The notes below the pieces were generated by a model. That model worked only from the letters and a program-made list of their open reading frames with translations. It made no database searches and was not told where the DNA came from. Source: the human T2T-CHM13v2.0 reference genome, Homo sapiens. From it: a DNA stretch of 64,000 nt. The translations under genes and the position numbers were made by a program. The stretch is taken from the NCBI RefSeq assembly GCF_009914755.1, contig NC_060925.1. One strand, 5' to 3'. Positions 1 to 15,533 of the stretch are shown piece after piece; positions within the stretch are counted from its first letter, which is position 1; every line of letters starts with the position of its first letter.

Positions 1-339
1 TCTCCAAGCCCAGGTGTGATCCAATTTTTCCAGTACACCAAGGCAAGAACACCGGGATACCAAAAGCCCTCTGTCCTTGCTATTAGGCAGAGGGTCTAAT
101 TGAGCTGATTAACACAAACCACCTACCCATGGCAAAACTAAAAGAGCACGCTGTAACATGCCCACTGGGGCTTCAGGAGGTGTAAATATTCACCCCTAGA
201 CACTGCTGTGGGGTCGGAGCCACACAACCTGCCCATCTGCATGCTCCCCCTAGAGGTGTGAGCTGCCGAGCATTGAAGAAGCGAGCCACACCCCCATCTC
301 ACGCCCTGCGAGGGTGATGAGGGAACTTTGCCCGTTTCA
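1..339 (+). mobile_element. ERV1-class LTR (LTR1-like), 3' part; starts before window
   Basis: Matches recalled LTR1 3' half (ggcaagaac...aaagccctctgtccttgc...taattgagctg...cccactggggcttcagg) and ends in ...cccgtttCA at 339. Confidence 0.75.
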
Positions 340-949
340 CATGGATCATTTTCTGACCGGCATCAGTTGTGTCTGCGGTTTATGTTCTCCTTACAGATAT
401 TCTCTGGGAAGGGGACAATTTGTGAGAGGCCAGTTTTGATAAGCCTTATGCTGAAATCATTGCTGTTTTCAAACTTAGAATTTTACTTCTTTTAGAGATT
501 GATTTGGCTTCCCTCAATTCTCCTTCCTTTCTTGAGAGAGGAGGAGAGTTGTGCTCTCAGAATCACAGAGGTTTAGAAGCAAAAATATCTTAAATGCCAC
601 GCTAAAAACAAAACAAAACCCAAAAACCCACTCAATTGCTAAAGACATAAATGTAAGAAATAAAGATATAATGTAAGAAATATAACATGAAATTTTAAAA
701 TAATGTAAAACTGGAGTATATCATGATTTATTTGTAATAGCAAGCAATAATAACTCACAACCCAATAATAGGGGATCATTTAAACAATGGAAACTATGCG
801 GCCATTAAAATGTGGTTGGTTGTAGAAGAATATTTAATGCCATGAGAAAATGTTAACAACATTTGACTCAATGAGAAATGTGGATTTTAACTGCAACATC
901 AAAATATTAACAGATTTATACATGAAGGATGAATTATGGATGCTTTTTT

Positions 950-1610
950 CCTTTTAATTGTGGTAAAAAACACATAATGAAATTTATCATCTTAACAAAT
1001 GTAAGTATATAGTTCAGTAGCGTTAAGTGCATTCACACTGCTGTGCAACAGATCTCCAGAACTTTTTCATCTTGCAAAACTGAAACTCTATTAACTGTTG
1101 AATAGCAATTCCCTATTCCCCCTCCTCCCAGCCCTTGGCAACCACTGTTTTACTTTCTGTTCCTATGAATTTCACTACTTTAGATACCTTGTACAAGGGA
1201 AATCACACAATATTTACCTTTTTGTGAGAGGCTTATTTCACTTAGCATAATGTCCTCAAGTTTCATTCATGTTGTAGCAAGTGAGAAGGTTTCCTTCCTT
1301 TTTAGGGCTGAATAATATTCCCTTGTATTTCGTCTGTTGATAGACACTTGGGCTTCTTTTATTTCTTGGCCATCCACTTTTTGGCTGCTATGGGCATGAG
1401 TATGAAAATATTTCTTCAAGATTTTGCTTTTAATTCTTCCCATATATTCCTAGAAGTGGGATTGCTAGATCACATGGTATTCTATTTTTTATTTTTGTAG
1501 GATCCACTTTTCTATTTTTCATGGCAGTTACTCCATTTTACATTCTCACCAACAGTGCACAAGACTTCCAGTTTCTCTTCATCCTCACCAACACTTGTTT
1601 TTTTCTAATA
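950..1610 (-). mobile_element. Old L1 3' end (L1MB-like)
   Basis: ttttaattgtggtaaaa...cagatctccagaactttttcatcttgcaaaactgaaactc, ggcttatttcacttagcataatgtcctcaag: antisense L1M 3'UTR/ORF2 end. Confidence 0.75.
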
Positions 1611-3014
1611 GTAGTTATTTTCTTTTTTGTACTTTGATATATTCCCCATTTATTTTTCATTCTGACTAAGCACTGCTTTTGTAATTAGAAAAACCACAAT
1701 AAATTTAGTGTAAAAGACATGGTGGAGGAATAAATACTGACTGTGTCTTATTTGCAAGGACTAAATCATTGAGCGTTTCTGGGATGTCATTCACACAAAG
1801 GCCTTACCTATTCTCTACCTAGCTGATATTAGGTATTATGTCTAACCGGGTGGCCTGAGAGAAATATTACTGAATGGTATTGACATACTTGTTTGCATGT
1901 TAGAAAGCAAAAGAGATAATTTAGATGCTTTCTGTACTTCCACAAAGGAACTAGTTCAACTCAGAAAGTCAAAAATATCAGTTGTTCTAATGAAAAACAT
2001 CAATTAAACAAAGTATCTTAGAATTTTATAAAACAATGGGCTGATTTATTGAAATTCGAAGAAAATTTATTGAAGTTTGAAGTATTCTCTGTGGCTTCAT
2101 ATAGTGCAATCTCTATTCTTCCAACAATAGTTTGTCAGAATTAGTTCCAGAAATTGCAACCTCATCACGTATTAGTAATAAATCTTCTAATACCACACAG
2201 TACCACCAAAACGCTGCCATTTATGAAAAGCCCTATTAAGAGATATGTGCTTTGTATATATCAGCTTGTTTAATCCTGTTTATAAAACAGTTCATTTTTT
2301 TTCATAGATGAGACACTGAGGCTCAGAGACACTAAGCAATTTAGCTTTGTGCAGAAATATTAAGGGTTTACTGAACCCATGTCTTTCTATGTAGAAGTGA
2401 ACTCGGATGTTGGAAAGGACTTCTAATTTATTTTTTTAAATGTGTTATTTTAATGATAGCCTTAAGGGAGAAACTACCCTTGATTTCACCTCTGTGTAAG
2501 ATCTTGATTTTAAGTCTTCGGCATTTTTAAAGTAAATTGATTTTTCAGTTTGAATATACTGCTTTTAAAAGGAGCAGCTGGGGGATCATTGATGTAGGGT
2601 TGATACATTCCAAGAACTTTGAGAAGGCTATTTTAAGATATGTAGATTTTTTCCTTTTCCCAATATTTCAACACCAGAGAATAAAATCTAACCCACAACA
2701 CTCTATGTATGCAATGCCATTGGATAAATCATTTCAGGTTGCTTAAAGGAGAAATCAGGATGGGGAGAATTCTTTTACTATACTGTTTCCCTTCTTTCCC
2801 TGCTTTATTCTGAAGGGATGAGTATCCTCTAAATATGAGATTAAGAGATGAAAATCTTGAGTGTTTTTTGCTGCTCTTTTAATAGCAGCTCTTTCAGTCT
2901 ATATGTTAGTCAAAAAACCAATCTGTGTTGGGTCCTAGTGAGTGTCTATATTGGTGAGGATTAGTCGAGAAGAATGTGCAGAAGAACAGATACATTTTAT
3001 TTTATTTACAATTA

Positions 3015-6000
3015 TTATTATTTTTAATTGACACAGAATTGTACACATTTATGGGGTATAATGTGATATTTCAATTCATGTGTATAATGTGCAATGACCA
3101 AATAAAGGTAATTAGCAAATCCATCATCTCAAATATTTCTCATTTTTTTGTGTTGAGGACATTCAAAATCCTATGTTCTAGCTAATTAAAAATATACAAT
3201 AAATTGATGTTAGCTATAGTCAACCCTGCAGTTCTCTAGAATGCTAGAAATTATTCCTCCTATCTGGCTGTAATTGTAATAGGATGGCTGTAACCAACCT
3301 CTCCCTATCCCCTCTACCCTCTACCTTTCTCAGACTCTAATAACTAGTACTCTACTTTCCACTTCTAAAAGATTAAACTTTTTAGCTTCCACATATGAGT
3401 AAGAATATTTGGTATATATTTTTCTGTGTCTGGCTTATTTCACCTAACATAATATCCTCCAGGCTCATTCATGTTACTGTGAATGAAAGGATTCCAGTCT
3501 CTTTTAATGGCTGAATAGTATTCCATTGTGTATATATACACCACATTTTCTTTATCCATTCTTCTGTTGATGGACTTTAGTTTGATTCCATATCTACCCT
3601 ATAGTGAGTAATGCTACAATAAACATGGAGTACAGATATCTTTTTGACATATAGATTTCTTTCCTTTGGATGTATCCTCAGTAGTGGTATTGCTGGATTG
3701 TATAGTGGTTTTATTTTTAGTTTTTTAAGGAACCTCCCTACTGTTTTCTATAATGGCTGTATGAACTTGCATTTCTACCAACAGAGTTTCTCTTTTTCTA
3801 CATTATTCTAACTGGGGTGAAATGGTGTCTCATTGTGGTTTTGATTTGCATTTACCTAAGGACTAGTGATGTTAAGCATTTTTTCATGTACTTGTTGACC
3901 AGTTGTGTGTTTTCTTTTGAGAGCTGTCTATTCAGATCATCTGCCCCTTTTAAAATTGGATGATGATGATGATTATTTGTTGTTGAGTTGTTTGAGTTCC
4001 TTGTATATTCTGGATCTTAATCCCTTGTCAGGTAAATAGTTTGCGAATTTTTTCCCATTCTACAGGTTGTCTCTTCACTCTGTTCATTGTTCCCTTTGCT
4101 GTGCAGAAGATTTTTAGTTTGATACCATCTTATTTATCTATTTTTGCTTTTGTTGACTGTGCTTTTGAGGTCTTATCTATAAAATCTTTTCCCAGACCAA
4201 TGGCCTGAAGTATTTTCCCTGTTTCCTTCTAGTAGTTTCACAGTTTCCAATCTTACACTTAATTCTTTAATCCATTTGAGTTGATTTTTGTAATGGTGAG
4301 AGATAGGGGTCTAGTTTCATTCTTCTGCATATGAATATCAAATTTTTCCAGCTCCATTTATTGAAGACTGTCCTTTCTCCAGTGAGTGTTTTTGAAATCT
4401 TTGTTGAAAATCAGTTGGCTGTAAATATGAGGATTTATATCTGGGTTCTCTATAATGTTCCATTAGTCTATGTGTCTGTTTTTAAACCAGTACCATGCTA
4501 TTTTGTTTACCATACTGTTTTGTAAATATTCTGCTTTGTAGTATATTTTAAAATCAGGCAGTGTGCTGTCTCTAGTACTGTTTTGTTGTTCAGAATTGCT
4601 TTGAATAGTTGGGGTCATCTGTGGTTCTATACAAATTTTAGGATTGTTTTTTTCTGTGAAGAATGCCATTGATATTTTGATAAAGATCATGTTGAATCTA
4701 TAGATTGCTCTGGGTAGTATGATAATGTTAACAATATCAGTTCTTCCAGTTTATGAGCATTAGATGTCTCTCTATTTTTTTGTGCTCTCTTCAATTTTTT
4801 CATCAGTATTTAATAGTTTTCCTTGTAGAGATCTTTCACTTCTCTGGCTAAATTTATTTCTAGATATTTTATTTTATTTTTTTGTAGCTCTTATAAATGG
4901 GATTGCTTCTTGATTTATTTGTCAGTTTGTTTGTTCTTGATGTATAGAAACATTACTGACATTTGTATGTTGATTTTATATCCTGTACTTTTACTGAATT
5001 TGTTTACCATTTCTAAGAGTTTTTTGGTGTAGCCTTTAGGTTTTTCTCTATATAAGATCATGTTGTCTGCAAACGGACAATTTCACTTCCTCCTTTCCAA
5101 TTTTGATGCGCTTTATTTTTTTATCTTGCCTGATTGCTCTAGCTAGGACTTTCTGATAGATCCCACTTGATCCTGAAGTATAATCTTTTTGATGTGCTAC
5201 TGGATTTTGTTTGTTAGTATTTTGTGGAGCATTTTTGTATCTATGTTCATCAGGGATATTGGCTTATAGTTTTCTTTTTTTGTTGTTGTGTCCTTATCTG
5301 GTTTTTGTATCATGGTAATGCTGGCCTCATAGAATGAATTTGAAAGAATTCCCTCCCTTCAATGTTTTGGAACAGTTTGAGAAAAATTGGTATTAGTTTT
5401 GCTTTAAAATTTGGTAGAATTCAGCAGTGAGGCCACCTGGTCCTGTAGCTTACTTTGCTGAAAATTTTTATTATTGATTTAATCTCATTACTTGTTATTG
5501 GTCTGTTCAAGTTTTATATTTCTTCTTGGTTCAAGCTTGGTAGGTTGTAAGTGTCCAGGAATCGATCCATTTCCAATTTGTTAGAACCAATAGGTTTTCC
5601 AATTTGTTGGCATATAGTTGTTCATGATAGACTTTCACGATCCCTTGAGTTTCTGTGTTATCAGTTGTAATGTCCTCTTTCTTCATTTCTGATTGTATTT
5701 GGGTATTTTCTCTTTTTTTCTCAGTCTAGTTAATGACTTGTCAATTTTGTTTATCTTTTCAAAAAACCAATTTTTAATTTTGCTAATCTTTTGTATTTTT
5801 TGGTCTCAATTTCATTTATTTTTGCTCTGATCTTTATTATTTGTTTCCTTCTAATTTTAGATTTGGTTTATTCTTGCTTTTCTAGTTCCTTGAAGTGCAT
5901 TGTTAGGTTGTTTACTTGCAATCTTCCTACTTTTCTGATGTAGGAAAACGTTTTTCTGATGTTTTATTGCTATAAACCTCTTGTAGGCAGCATATAGTTG

Positions 6001-6230
6001 GGTCTTTTTCATTATCCATTCAGCCGGTCTAAGTCTTTTAATTGTAGAATTTAATCTTCTTACATTCAAGGCTATTATTGACAGGTGAGGACTTACTCTT
6101 GTGATTTTGTTAATTGCTTTCTGGTTGCTTTGTATATTCTTTGTTCCTTCTTTTCTCCATTATTGTTTATCTCTGTGGTTTGGTGGTTTTTCATAGTGAT
6201 AAGGTTGGATATCTTTAGATATACTTTTAA
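3015..6230 (-). mobile_element. L1MA-family LINE-1, 5'-truncated with internal deletions
   Basis: L1MA-type 3'UTR at ~3020-3400, then degenerate antisense ORF2; ORF 4463-4690(-) has TLPDFKIYYKA and AWYWFKNRHID. Confidence 0.85.
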
Positions 6231-6329
6231 TCAAATTGAAATAACAGGACATAGGCAGGAATATTATTTTTACTATTGAAAAGATACAAGCAAGAACAGA
6301 TCATTACAACAGGGCAACATCTGTTCAGG

Positions 6330-6560
6330 GATGCATTGCTTATGCTGTAATCAGGGAACTGAAATATTGTTTCTTTATCTCATTTTATTCTCACTCTCCC
6401 CCTCTGCTGGGTATTACTATTATCTCCATTTAACTGCTGAGGAAACTCAGGCTGAGAGGTTAAGTGACTCATTCAAGGTCACCCAGCTGAGATGTGCCAG
6501 AATTGATGAGCCTATGACTGTAAAAATCCTGAACCTGTGTTTTTAACTAGGACATTTTTC
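6330..6560 (-). mobile_element. MIR SINE fragment
   Basis: MIR core ccattttaactgctgaggaaactcaggctgagaggttaagtgact. Confidence 0.65.
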
Positions 6561-9512
6561 TGTCTTAGATGTGACAGTCTCCTATGAGATGAGCTTATGC
6601 AGTTCTAAGATGCTGGTGGGATGAGAAGAGACCTTGAATGTGAGGGTTAAGCTCCAATTAGATATTTGTGCTGAAGTTTGTGGACCAGAGACCTTGTGAT
6701 CCTGCACTTACCTCAGAGATAAGCTCTCTGTTCTCTCTGTCCCCAGTGGGAAGAGAAAAGGGGGTGACAAAGGGGATGGGGATGACTTTAGATTGTTAGG
6801 TGAATGAGCCAGTGCAGCCCCAGGGCAGAGAAAGCAGAGTGTAAGAGGAAGGCTAGTTAAGGCAGTGATACTTTATGGCTTACTAATGAATTCCATTTTA
6901 TAGCCCAACTCCCTTAAGTTGTCTCTTCCTGTGATTAATTCTTGTTCTCTTTGTCCCCTTTAAGCAGACGGTTGTTGATAGGGAGTGTTCAGTGTTGAAT
7001 GAGTAAAATGTACTAATGCATGTTTTCTTCAACCAGAGATAACCTTGCTTTAAACATGATGAATGTAACTTTTACAAGGGAAGATATCATCAGGAAAAGA
7101 GGGCTTGCGGCTTATGCATTGGACACTCAGGTATAAGCTCATTGCCTAGCAGCATTTCAATCTCAATCTCCCTCTCTTTCTCTCCTGACCATTTTGAATC
7201 ACTTAATCTTTCTGTCAGTGTCCCTAAAATGAAGTGATTCACTGATGTAAATAAGCCAACTGACTGCTTTGTCCTGGATTTAATCAACAAGTTTTTTTTT
7301 CTCAAAAATATTTCACGCCTTTTTCTTCCCAAGTTAACGTTGAGACAAAGAAGCAGGGTTTTCCGGGAAAACTGTAGAGCTTAAAAGTCATTAAGAGTCA
7401 TTAAATTACACAGGATTAGAAGTGACCTGTGTAATTTTTGAGGATCAGAGGACTTTGGTTCTCCTTATGTGTGCTTGTGCACAGACTCGCACAGACTTGG
7501 AGAGAGAATAGAGAGGTTGTTCTGGTTAGGATTATACACTTAGTAATTCAACCCAAACTGTCTCAATACCAGACTTCTTAGTTTTGGCGCAAGCCATCAA
7601 AATATACAAAGTAAAACCACCAGTCACTATCATTTATAGTCATATATTTATAGGGGTGTGTTCAGTATTGAGAAAGTTCTAGATAAGGTGAGAAGGCTGA
7701 CCCCTTTGCTGGGACTCAGAAGAGAGGCACACACAATGTCGATGTCCATTTGAAAATAGAGGAAAAAAAAAAGAAAAGCTATTTTTGCATGAACAAATTA
7801 TTTGCACATCTAGGTTCTTCCAGCTCTTGCAAAGGATCTCTTCCACGCTGGCAGGAAAAGACTTTAGCTTAAAGAGGGGGGAAAAAAATCTCTCTCCCAG
7901 AACTGATAACCAAATAAAATACTGTTATATTTTCTGTCTAATAAGCACAAGAAGTTCCATAACTCCCTTGATTAAGCATATTATCCTTCTTCAGAAAGTC
8001 AGCATGATTTATGCAAAAAGTGATTTGGACATACTTTCTCCGGCCATGGAGATTTCATAATTCCTGGTGTATGTCTGGAAAATCTCCCCTCGTCGTGAGT
8101 CCAAACCAAATTAATGTCTTCCAGAATGACCTGAGGAATTAATGAGGTTTTTGCTGTCAGTTTTACCCATCCAGGGTCAAGTAAATCATTTGCTGGCTCT
8201 CGGGGCGCTGTTTGTCTGCTGCCTCTCTGACTCCACGTTCAATGATAACAACGTTGCAGATGCCTTTGAAATACGGCATCACCGACACTCTCCGTCCATC
8301 TGCTGGGACATATTTTAGGCTCTGCTTCTCTTTCTGCTGTAAACTCGGCCTTTAATGGAGTCAGTAATTGCTGATAAATGGGGTATCAATGAAGTCAGTG
8401 CACTGGAGGTTTCCCCATTCTTTTCTGCTGATGTTTGCTATTTAAATCTCCTCTGACGTTACTGAAAATTATTGTGTGCCCAGCTCTTTAATTCCCCTAC
8501 TGGTGTTCTTGGCTGAAGACTTGAGTTATTTTTTCCCTTCTTCTTTTTGGACAAACTAAAGCTGGTTGGGAAGAGGCTTTCCTGGGGAGCCTTTTGTTCT
8601 TCCTACCAGAAGCAGCTCTCAAACCTGCTGTCAGATCACGTGCAGAGAACTGGTTGGAGTCTTTTGGCTTTTTCTGCCCCTCTTCCACCATCCACATGCC
8701 GGGACCAGCTCCTTGGTAAACCTAAACTACGAGATCATTTGAAGGTTTCAGAAGTTTGACTTACCTTGTTTTTCTTTACTAAAGGTCTAGAGCTTTAGTG
8801 TTTGTAGATAAACTCATCACTGTTTTTTGCCTTTGTTTCTTTAGCTGTTTACAAATGAAGATTTAAAGTAAAAGCAAAGATTGTCTCCCTCCATCCTGTT
8901 CTCCTCATTTCTTTAATTTTGCATTTTGCATGAATACGTGATCGAGCTGCAGGTGCTGATGAGGCAACCCTGAGAGGGCAAGTGGTGTCTCATGTGGATC
9001 CTTAGCTACGTGTCCTGAGGAACCAGAGCTTGCTGCTTCCCACTTACCCTTTCAAAAATAGGAAAACCTGCGAACACTACCCACCAACCCCTGAGTTTCT
9101 GCTACCAGCCTGCCATAGGGATGTAAACATGCTCTAGTGAGTCATAAAAGGCTGAAGTTTAGTCTGAGTCTCCTTGACCTCCCACAGCCTCGGTTTTCTG
9201 AGCTATAAAATGGGGATGACCAGAGGTGCCTTACTTACCACATGGGATTTGGAAATGCTGCTTCTGTTGCTTGCTGACATTTTTGGGCACTTATGTAAGT
9301 ATGAAGCTAAGCACCTTTGCTGTTTTATTTCATTTAGCCTTTACAATAATTCTATAAGGTGAGTACTATTTAATATCATTTTACTGGCAAGAAAATAGAG
9401 ACAGCCATAAAATAATAAGTTTTTTACATTTTATAGTTTTACTGTTTTTGAAAACACTTTCACATATGTTATTTCACCTTTCTCTTTCAAAAACATTGTT
9501 AGATCTTCATTA

Positions 9513-9620
9513 TTTCCTTCCTTCTCCCTTCCCTTCCCTTCCCTTCCCTCCCCTCCCCTCCCCTCCTCTTCTTCCCTTCCCTCCCCTCCCCTCCCCTCCT
9601 CTTCTTCCTTTCCCCTTCCT
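9513..9620. repeat. Polypyrimidine (CCCTT/CCCCT)n microsatellite at an Alu tail
   Basis: ~105 nt of C/T-only sequence directly abutting the 3' end of an antisense Alu. Confidence 0.9.
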
Positions 9621-9989
9621 TGACAAGGTCTCACTCTGTTGCACCCCAGGCTGGAGTGCAAGTGGCACCGCAGGCTCCTGAGCAACTGGGGACCACAGGC
9701 ATGTGCCACCACACCCAGCTAATTAAAACTTTTTTTTGGAGTGCAGTAGCTTGAGCTAGGCTCACTGTAATCTCTGCCTCTTGGGTTCAAGTGAGTCTCC
9801 TGCCTTAGCCTCTCGAGCAGCTGGGATTACAGGCACATGCCATCATGCCCAGCTAATTTTTGTATTTTTAGTAGAGATGGGGTTTCACCATGTTGGCCAG
9901 GCTGGTGTCGAACTCCTGGCCTCAAGTGATCCACCTGCCTCAGCCTCTCAAAGAGCTGAGACTACAGGCATGAGCCATGATGCTCAGCC
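9621..9989 (-). mobile_element. Composite Alu: internally deleted right arm plus a second Alu lacking its 3' end
   Basis: ggagtgca...ccaccacacccagctaatt right-arm motif occurs twice (9621-9725 and 9737-9860) before one left arm. Confidence 0.8.
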
Positions 9990-11165
9990 TTATGTTTCTT
10001 TAACTGGGGTTTAGAGAGAGGCTGAGAAGCTTTCTCAAAATCACAAAAACCAGGAAGGGCAGTGTTGCTACTTGAAAGAGAATAGTAACTGCAAATATGC
10101 TTTTAAAAAATAGCCAGGTTAATAATATACTTAGATGTCTGCTTGTCTTTGGTCTGATATGATTTGTTAACAGACTACTGGAAAACAGCCTTATCATCTC
10201 ATATATGAAATTAGACCCTTAAACAGATAGAAAACTATAAATTTTAATGTTATTAGTGAGCAAGTGATACATAAGTTAGGAAGGAGAAGATGTGGAAGAA
10301 AATAGTGACTTCAGTGAGGAACTTTAGGAAAGCTGGTAAAACTTGGGTCAGAAGTTGTGAGGACGCCCTGATGAACAATTTTGATAAAACTGAAAATGTC
10401 AGGTGAGCTAAATCTCTGCAATGTTTCTCATCTATTTTTGATTTTGTTCAGCTGGGAAATAACCTCAGAAGTTTTTCTTCAGTGGTTTGTTTTTCATTTG
10501 CTGGAAGTGGGTGTATGGTATACATAGCTATTTCAACTTAAAACAAAAAGTACAAGGAAGATGAGAATTAACTCCAGGACACAAAATTGGAAGAGGTTCC
10601 CTTTGAACGGTAAAGATTTGCTTCTTCATTTTTCTAGGTCCCCCGTCTTTACCACCCGCAATGCACACTTAAGTCCTGGGTGCTTCCCCATTGCAAAGGG
10701 CCAACTGGAAAATGTGTGTGGGCCTGTGGATGTGGTGGGGAGAAGGCAGGTGGAGAAAGAGAGAATGAGATTATTTGGCTAGGAACAAGTATAGTAAGAG
10801 TATAGTTTAAATAGGAGCCTCAGAAATAATCCCCCCAACCCCTGGCTATTTTCTTTTGTCTCCATAGTTTTGCCTTTGAACCAGTATGCAGCCTTTTCAG
10901 ATTAACTTATTTCACTTAGCAATGTGGATTTAAGTTTCTTCTATGTCTTTTCATGGCTTGCTAGCTCTTTTGTTTAGCACTGAATAGTATGCTATTGCTT
11001 CACCTACTAAAGGACATCTTAGTTGCTTCCAAGTTTTGTTGATTATGAATAAAGCTGCTATACACACCTGTGTGCAGGTTTTTGTGTGAACATGACTGTG
11101 ATATTTTAAGGTCATACCTATTGAGGTATAATTTATATACAGTAATATTCACTCTTTTTAGTGTG

Positions 11166-12806
<1,641 letters not shown>

Positions 12807-14628
12807 GACGATTACGTCTAATCATGCAGTCAACACCACAATGAAGACAGAGAACAGTTCCCTCACTTCCCTACATTTTCTTCTATTACATTTTAGTTCA
12901 TCCCTCTCCCCACCCCAGCCTTTGACAATCACAAGCTTATTTTCTGTCTGTATACTTTTGCCTTTTCCACATGTTGTATAAATGGAGACATACTCTGTGT
13001 GTCTGTGTATGTATGTGTATGTGTCTTGAGAAACAAAAACAAAAACAAAAGAAAGAAGGCCTACAGGATCACCACACTTGGTGAGACTGGCATAGCTGCT
13101 CAGCCAGAATTCTCCATGGCGAAGTCCTGAGTTTGAAACTCTCTTAACTGTTACCTGCTAGTGGAAAACACTTGGCAAGTCAATGGATATTTGAGCCTAA
13201 GTTTTTTCACCTGGAAAATTGGGGGTGGGAGAGGGTTAATACCTAGCTCACAGGACTATGGTGAGTATGAGATGGGATTAAATATGTGAAAAGGTTTAAA
13301 GCACTAGCAACTGCCCGCATCAATCATTAGAGATCCCCTGTCCAACATTGTTATATGTGAAATCTAAGGGAAAATTAGAATCAAGGGCCCCCTTGAAACC
13401 ACAAGGAGGCAAGCAAAAGTGTGGAAGACATGGGAAGGACAGATCCACTCTTTATCTTGATGGTGGTGGTGGTGGTGGTGACAGCAGGGGTCGGGTGGGT
13501 TCTGGCCTGATCCAATGTGTATTTGGAGTTTGGCAAAGTTTCTTTTCTCACTGGCATCTCTGTCTTTTCTTTCTACTGGCTGCTTTCCTTCACAAGTACC
13601 CCCGCCCCCCGCCCCCCACCCCCCACCAAACCAAGCATACAGGCCCTGAAAATGTAGGGTAAGGTGTAATTTGTTTCCCCAGAATTCAGAGCCAAAATGT
13701 TTTACCTTTCAGATCTTAGTGCTTGTCAGCTAAAAGTAAACCATAGTTTAGCTTCACCTAATTTCCCAATAAGCGTTGCAGTATATCATGAAACAGAAAT
13801 GAAATTAAGTGCTCAGGAATTTCTCATGCACCAACCGCAGGCTGCAGCAGGTGCTCCTCCCCTCCCAGCCTGCCTCTGGAGAGTTCCCTTGTGGAGGTTG
13901 TTATGACTTTCCTGTTTAGCAAGGGTCTGTGTTTTCAAACCATCCAGGTTTTGATGTGTCTGGCAGGTTGGTAACCTTGTCCCACCTTCCACAATAATCA
14001 GTTTTGCCTCCCGAGGTTGTGACAAAGTGACTAGGAGCTCCAAGGAATGGGATCTCCCAGCTCATCTTCTCACATCGATTAGGGTTTAGTTTGTGAGGCT
14101 GGTGGGCAAGAAGACGTTCTTGCACAGCATGGAAAGGAAGGGGCCATACATTATGAGAGTGAACTTTTTAGGCTGGCTGAGAGGGGATAGACACACGCGC
14201 CATGCCTGGAGAGCTCATCTTTGGGGGCTATGAGGTATCTAAACAGTCCTCTTTTGCTGTGTCACTGCCTTTATTACTAGACAGAGGCAGTGGCTATTGT
14301 ATTGTGATGTGGCTGTACTGTTACGGTTTAAAGAGCAAAATCCACATCCCTGAATGTGAGCATATGACAGTGGCCAGCTCATAAAACAGGGCCCAGATCA
14401 GGCTTTAGTGGTGCCTACACATTGAATGAGTGAATAAATAATAAATGAATGTGTGAAGTCATCTATGGTCAGTAACCAGGGAGGAAATAGTTTCCGGATT
14501 GTAAACAGAACCACTGGAAGGGCCCCAGTGGTGGGAAGGGAACCATTATCACCTTGGTTCTAGCTGAGAAGGATGTTCCTGATGGGAGAATGGAGACTAC
14601 ATGGGCTTAACACAGGGATCTGGTGTAG

Positions 14629-15008
<380 letters not shown>

Positions 15009-15054
15009 GACAGTAAACATTTTTAAGCCTAAATGTGATATGAATGCAGATCTC

Positions 15055-15056
15055 TC

Positions 15057-15106
<50 letters not shown>

Positions 15107-15128
15107 TATCGATCTATCTATATATATA
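15055..15128. repeat. (TCTA)n tetranucleotide STR
   Basis: About 12 perfect TCTA units followed by degenerate units. Confidence 0.95.
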
Positions 15129-15133
15129 GTCTT

Positions 15134-15533
15134 TCTATGGACTGAAGTGTGTCCTCAAAAATTAATATATTGAAATTCTAACCCTGCAAAGTGACTGCAT
15201 TTGGAGGTAGGGCTTATGGGAGAGAAATAAGATTAAATGAGGTCATAAAGGTAGAGTCCTAATCAGGTAGGATTGGAGTCCTGATCAGATAGATCTGCCA
15301 TACAACAAGAGGAAGAGAGAGGGAGAGAGCTCTCTCTTTCTTGGAATGCACACACTGAGGTAAGGCCATGGGAGGACATGGTGAGAAGGCAGCTGCAGTG
15401 CCCTCATCAGATGCCAACCCTGCTGGTATCTTGATCTTAGACAGCTTGTAGAACTGTGAGAAGTAAATTTCTGTTTTTTAAGAGACCCAGCCTATGGCCT
15501 TTTGTTATGGTAGCCCAAGTTGACTAAGATACA
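15134..15533 (+). mobile_element. MaLR solo LTR (MLT1A0-like)
   Basis: ctatggactgaa...gtgactgcatttggag...ttaaatgaggtcataa...gaactgtgagaagtaaatttctg...tgactaagataCA. Confidence 0.8.

Noticed and set aside
640-685. ~21-bp tandem duplication taaaga(c/t)ata(a)atgtaagaaa
   Set aside because: Ordinary slippage in AT-rich DNA
13599-13627. C-rich tract with G-quadruplex/GC-box potential
   Set aside because: Isolated, no CpG island or promoter context
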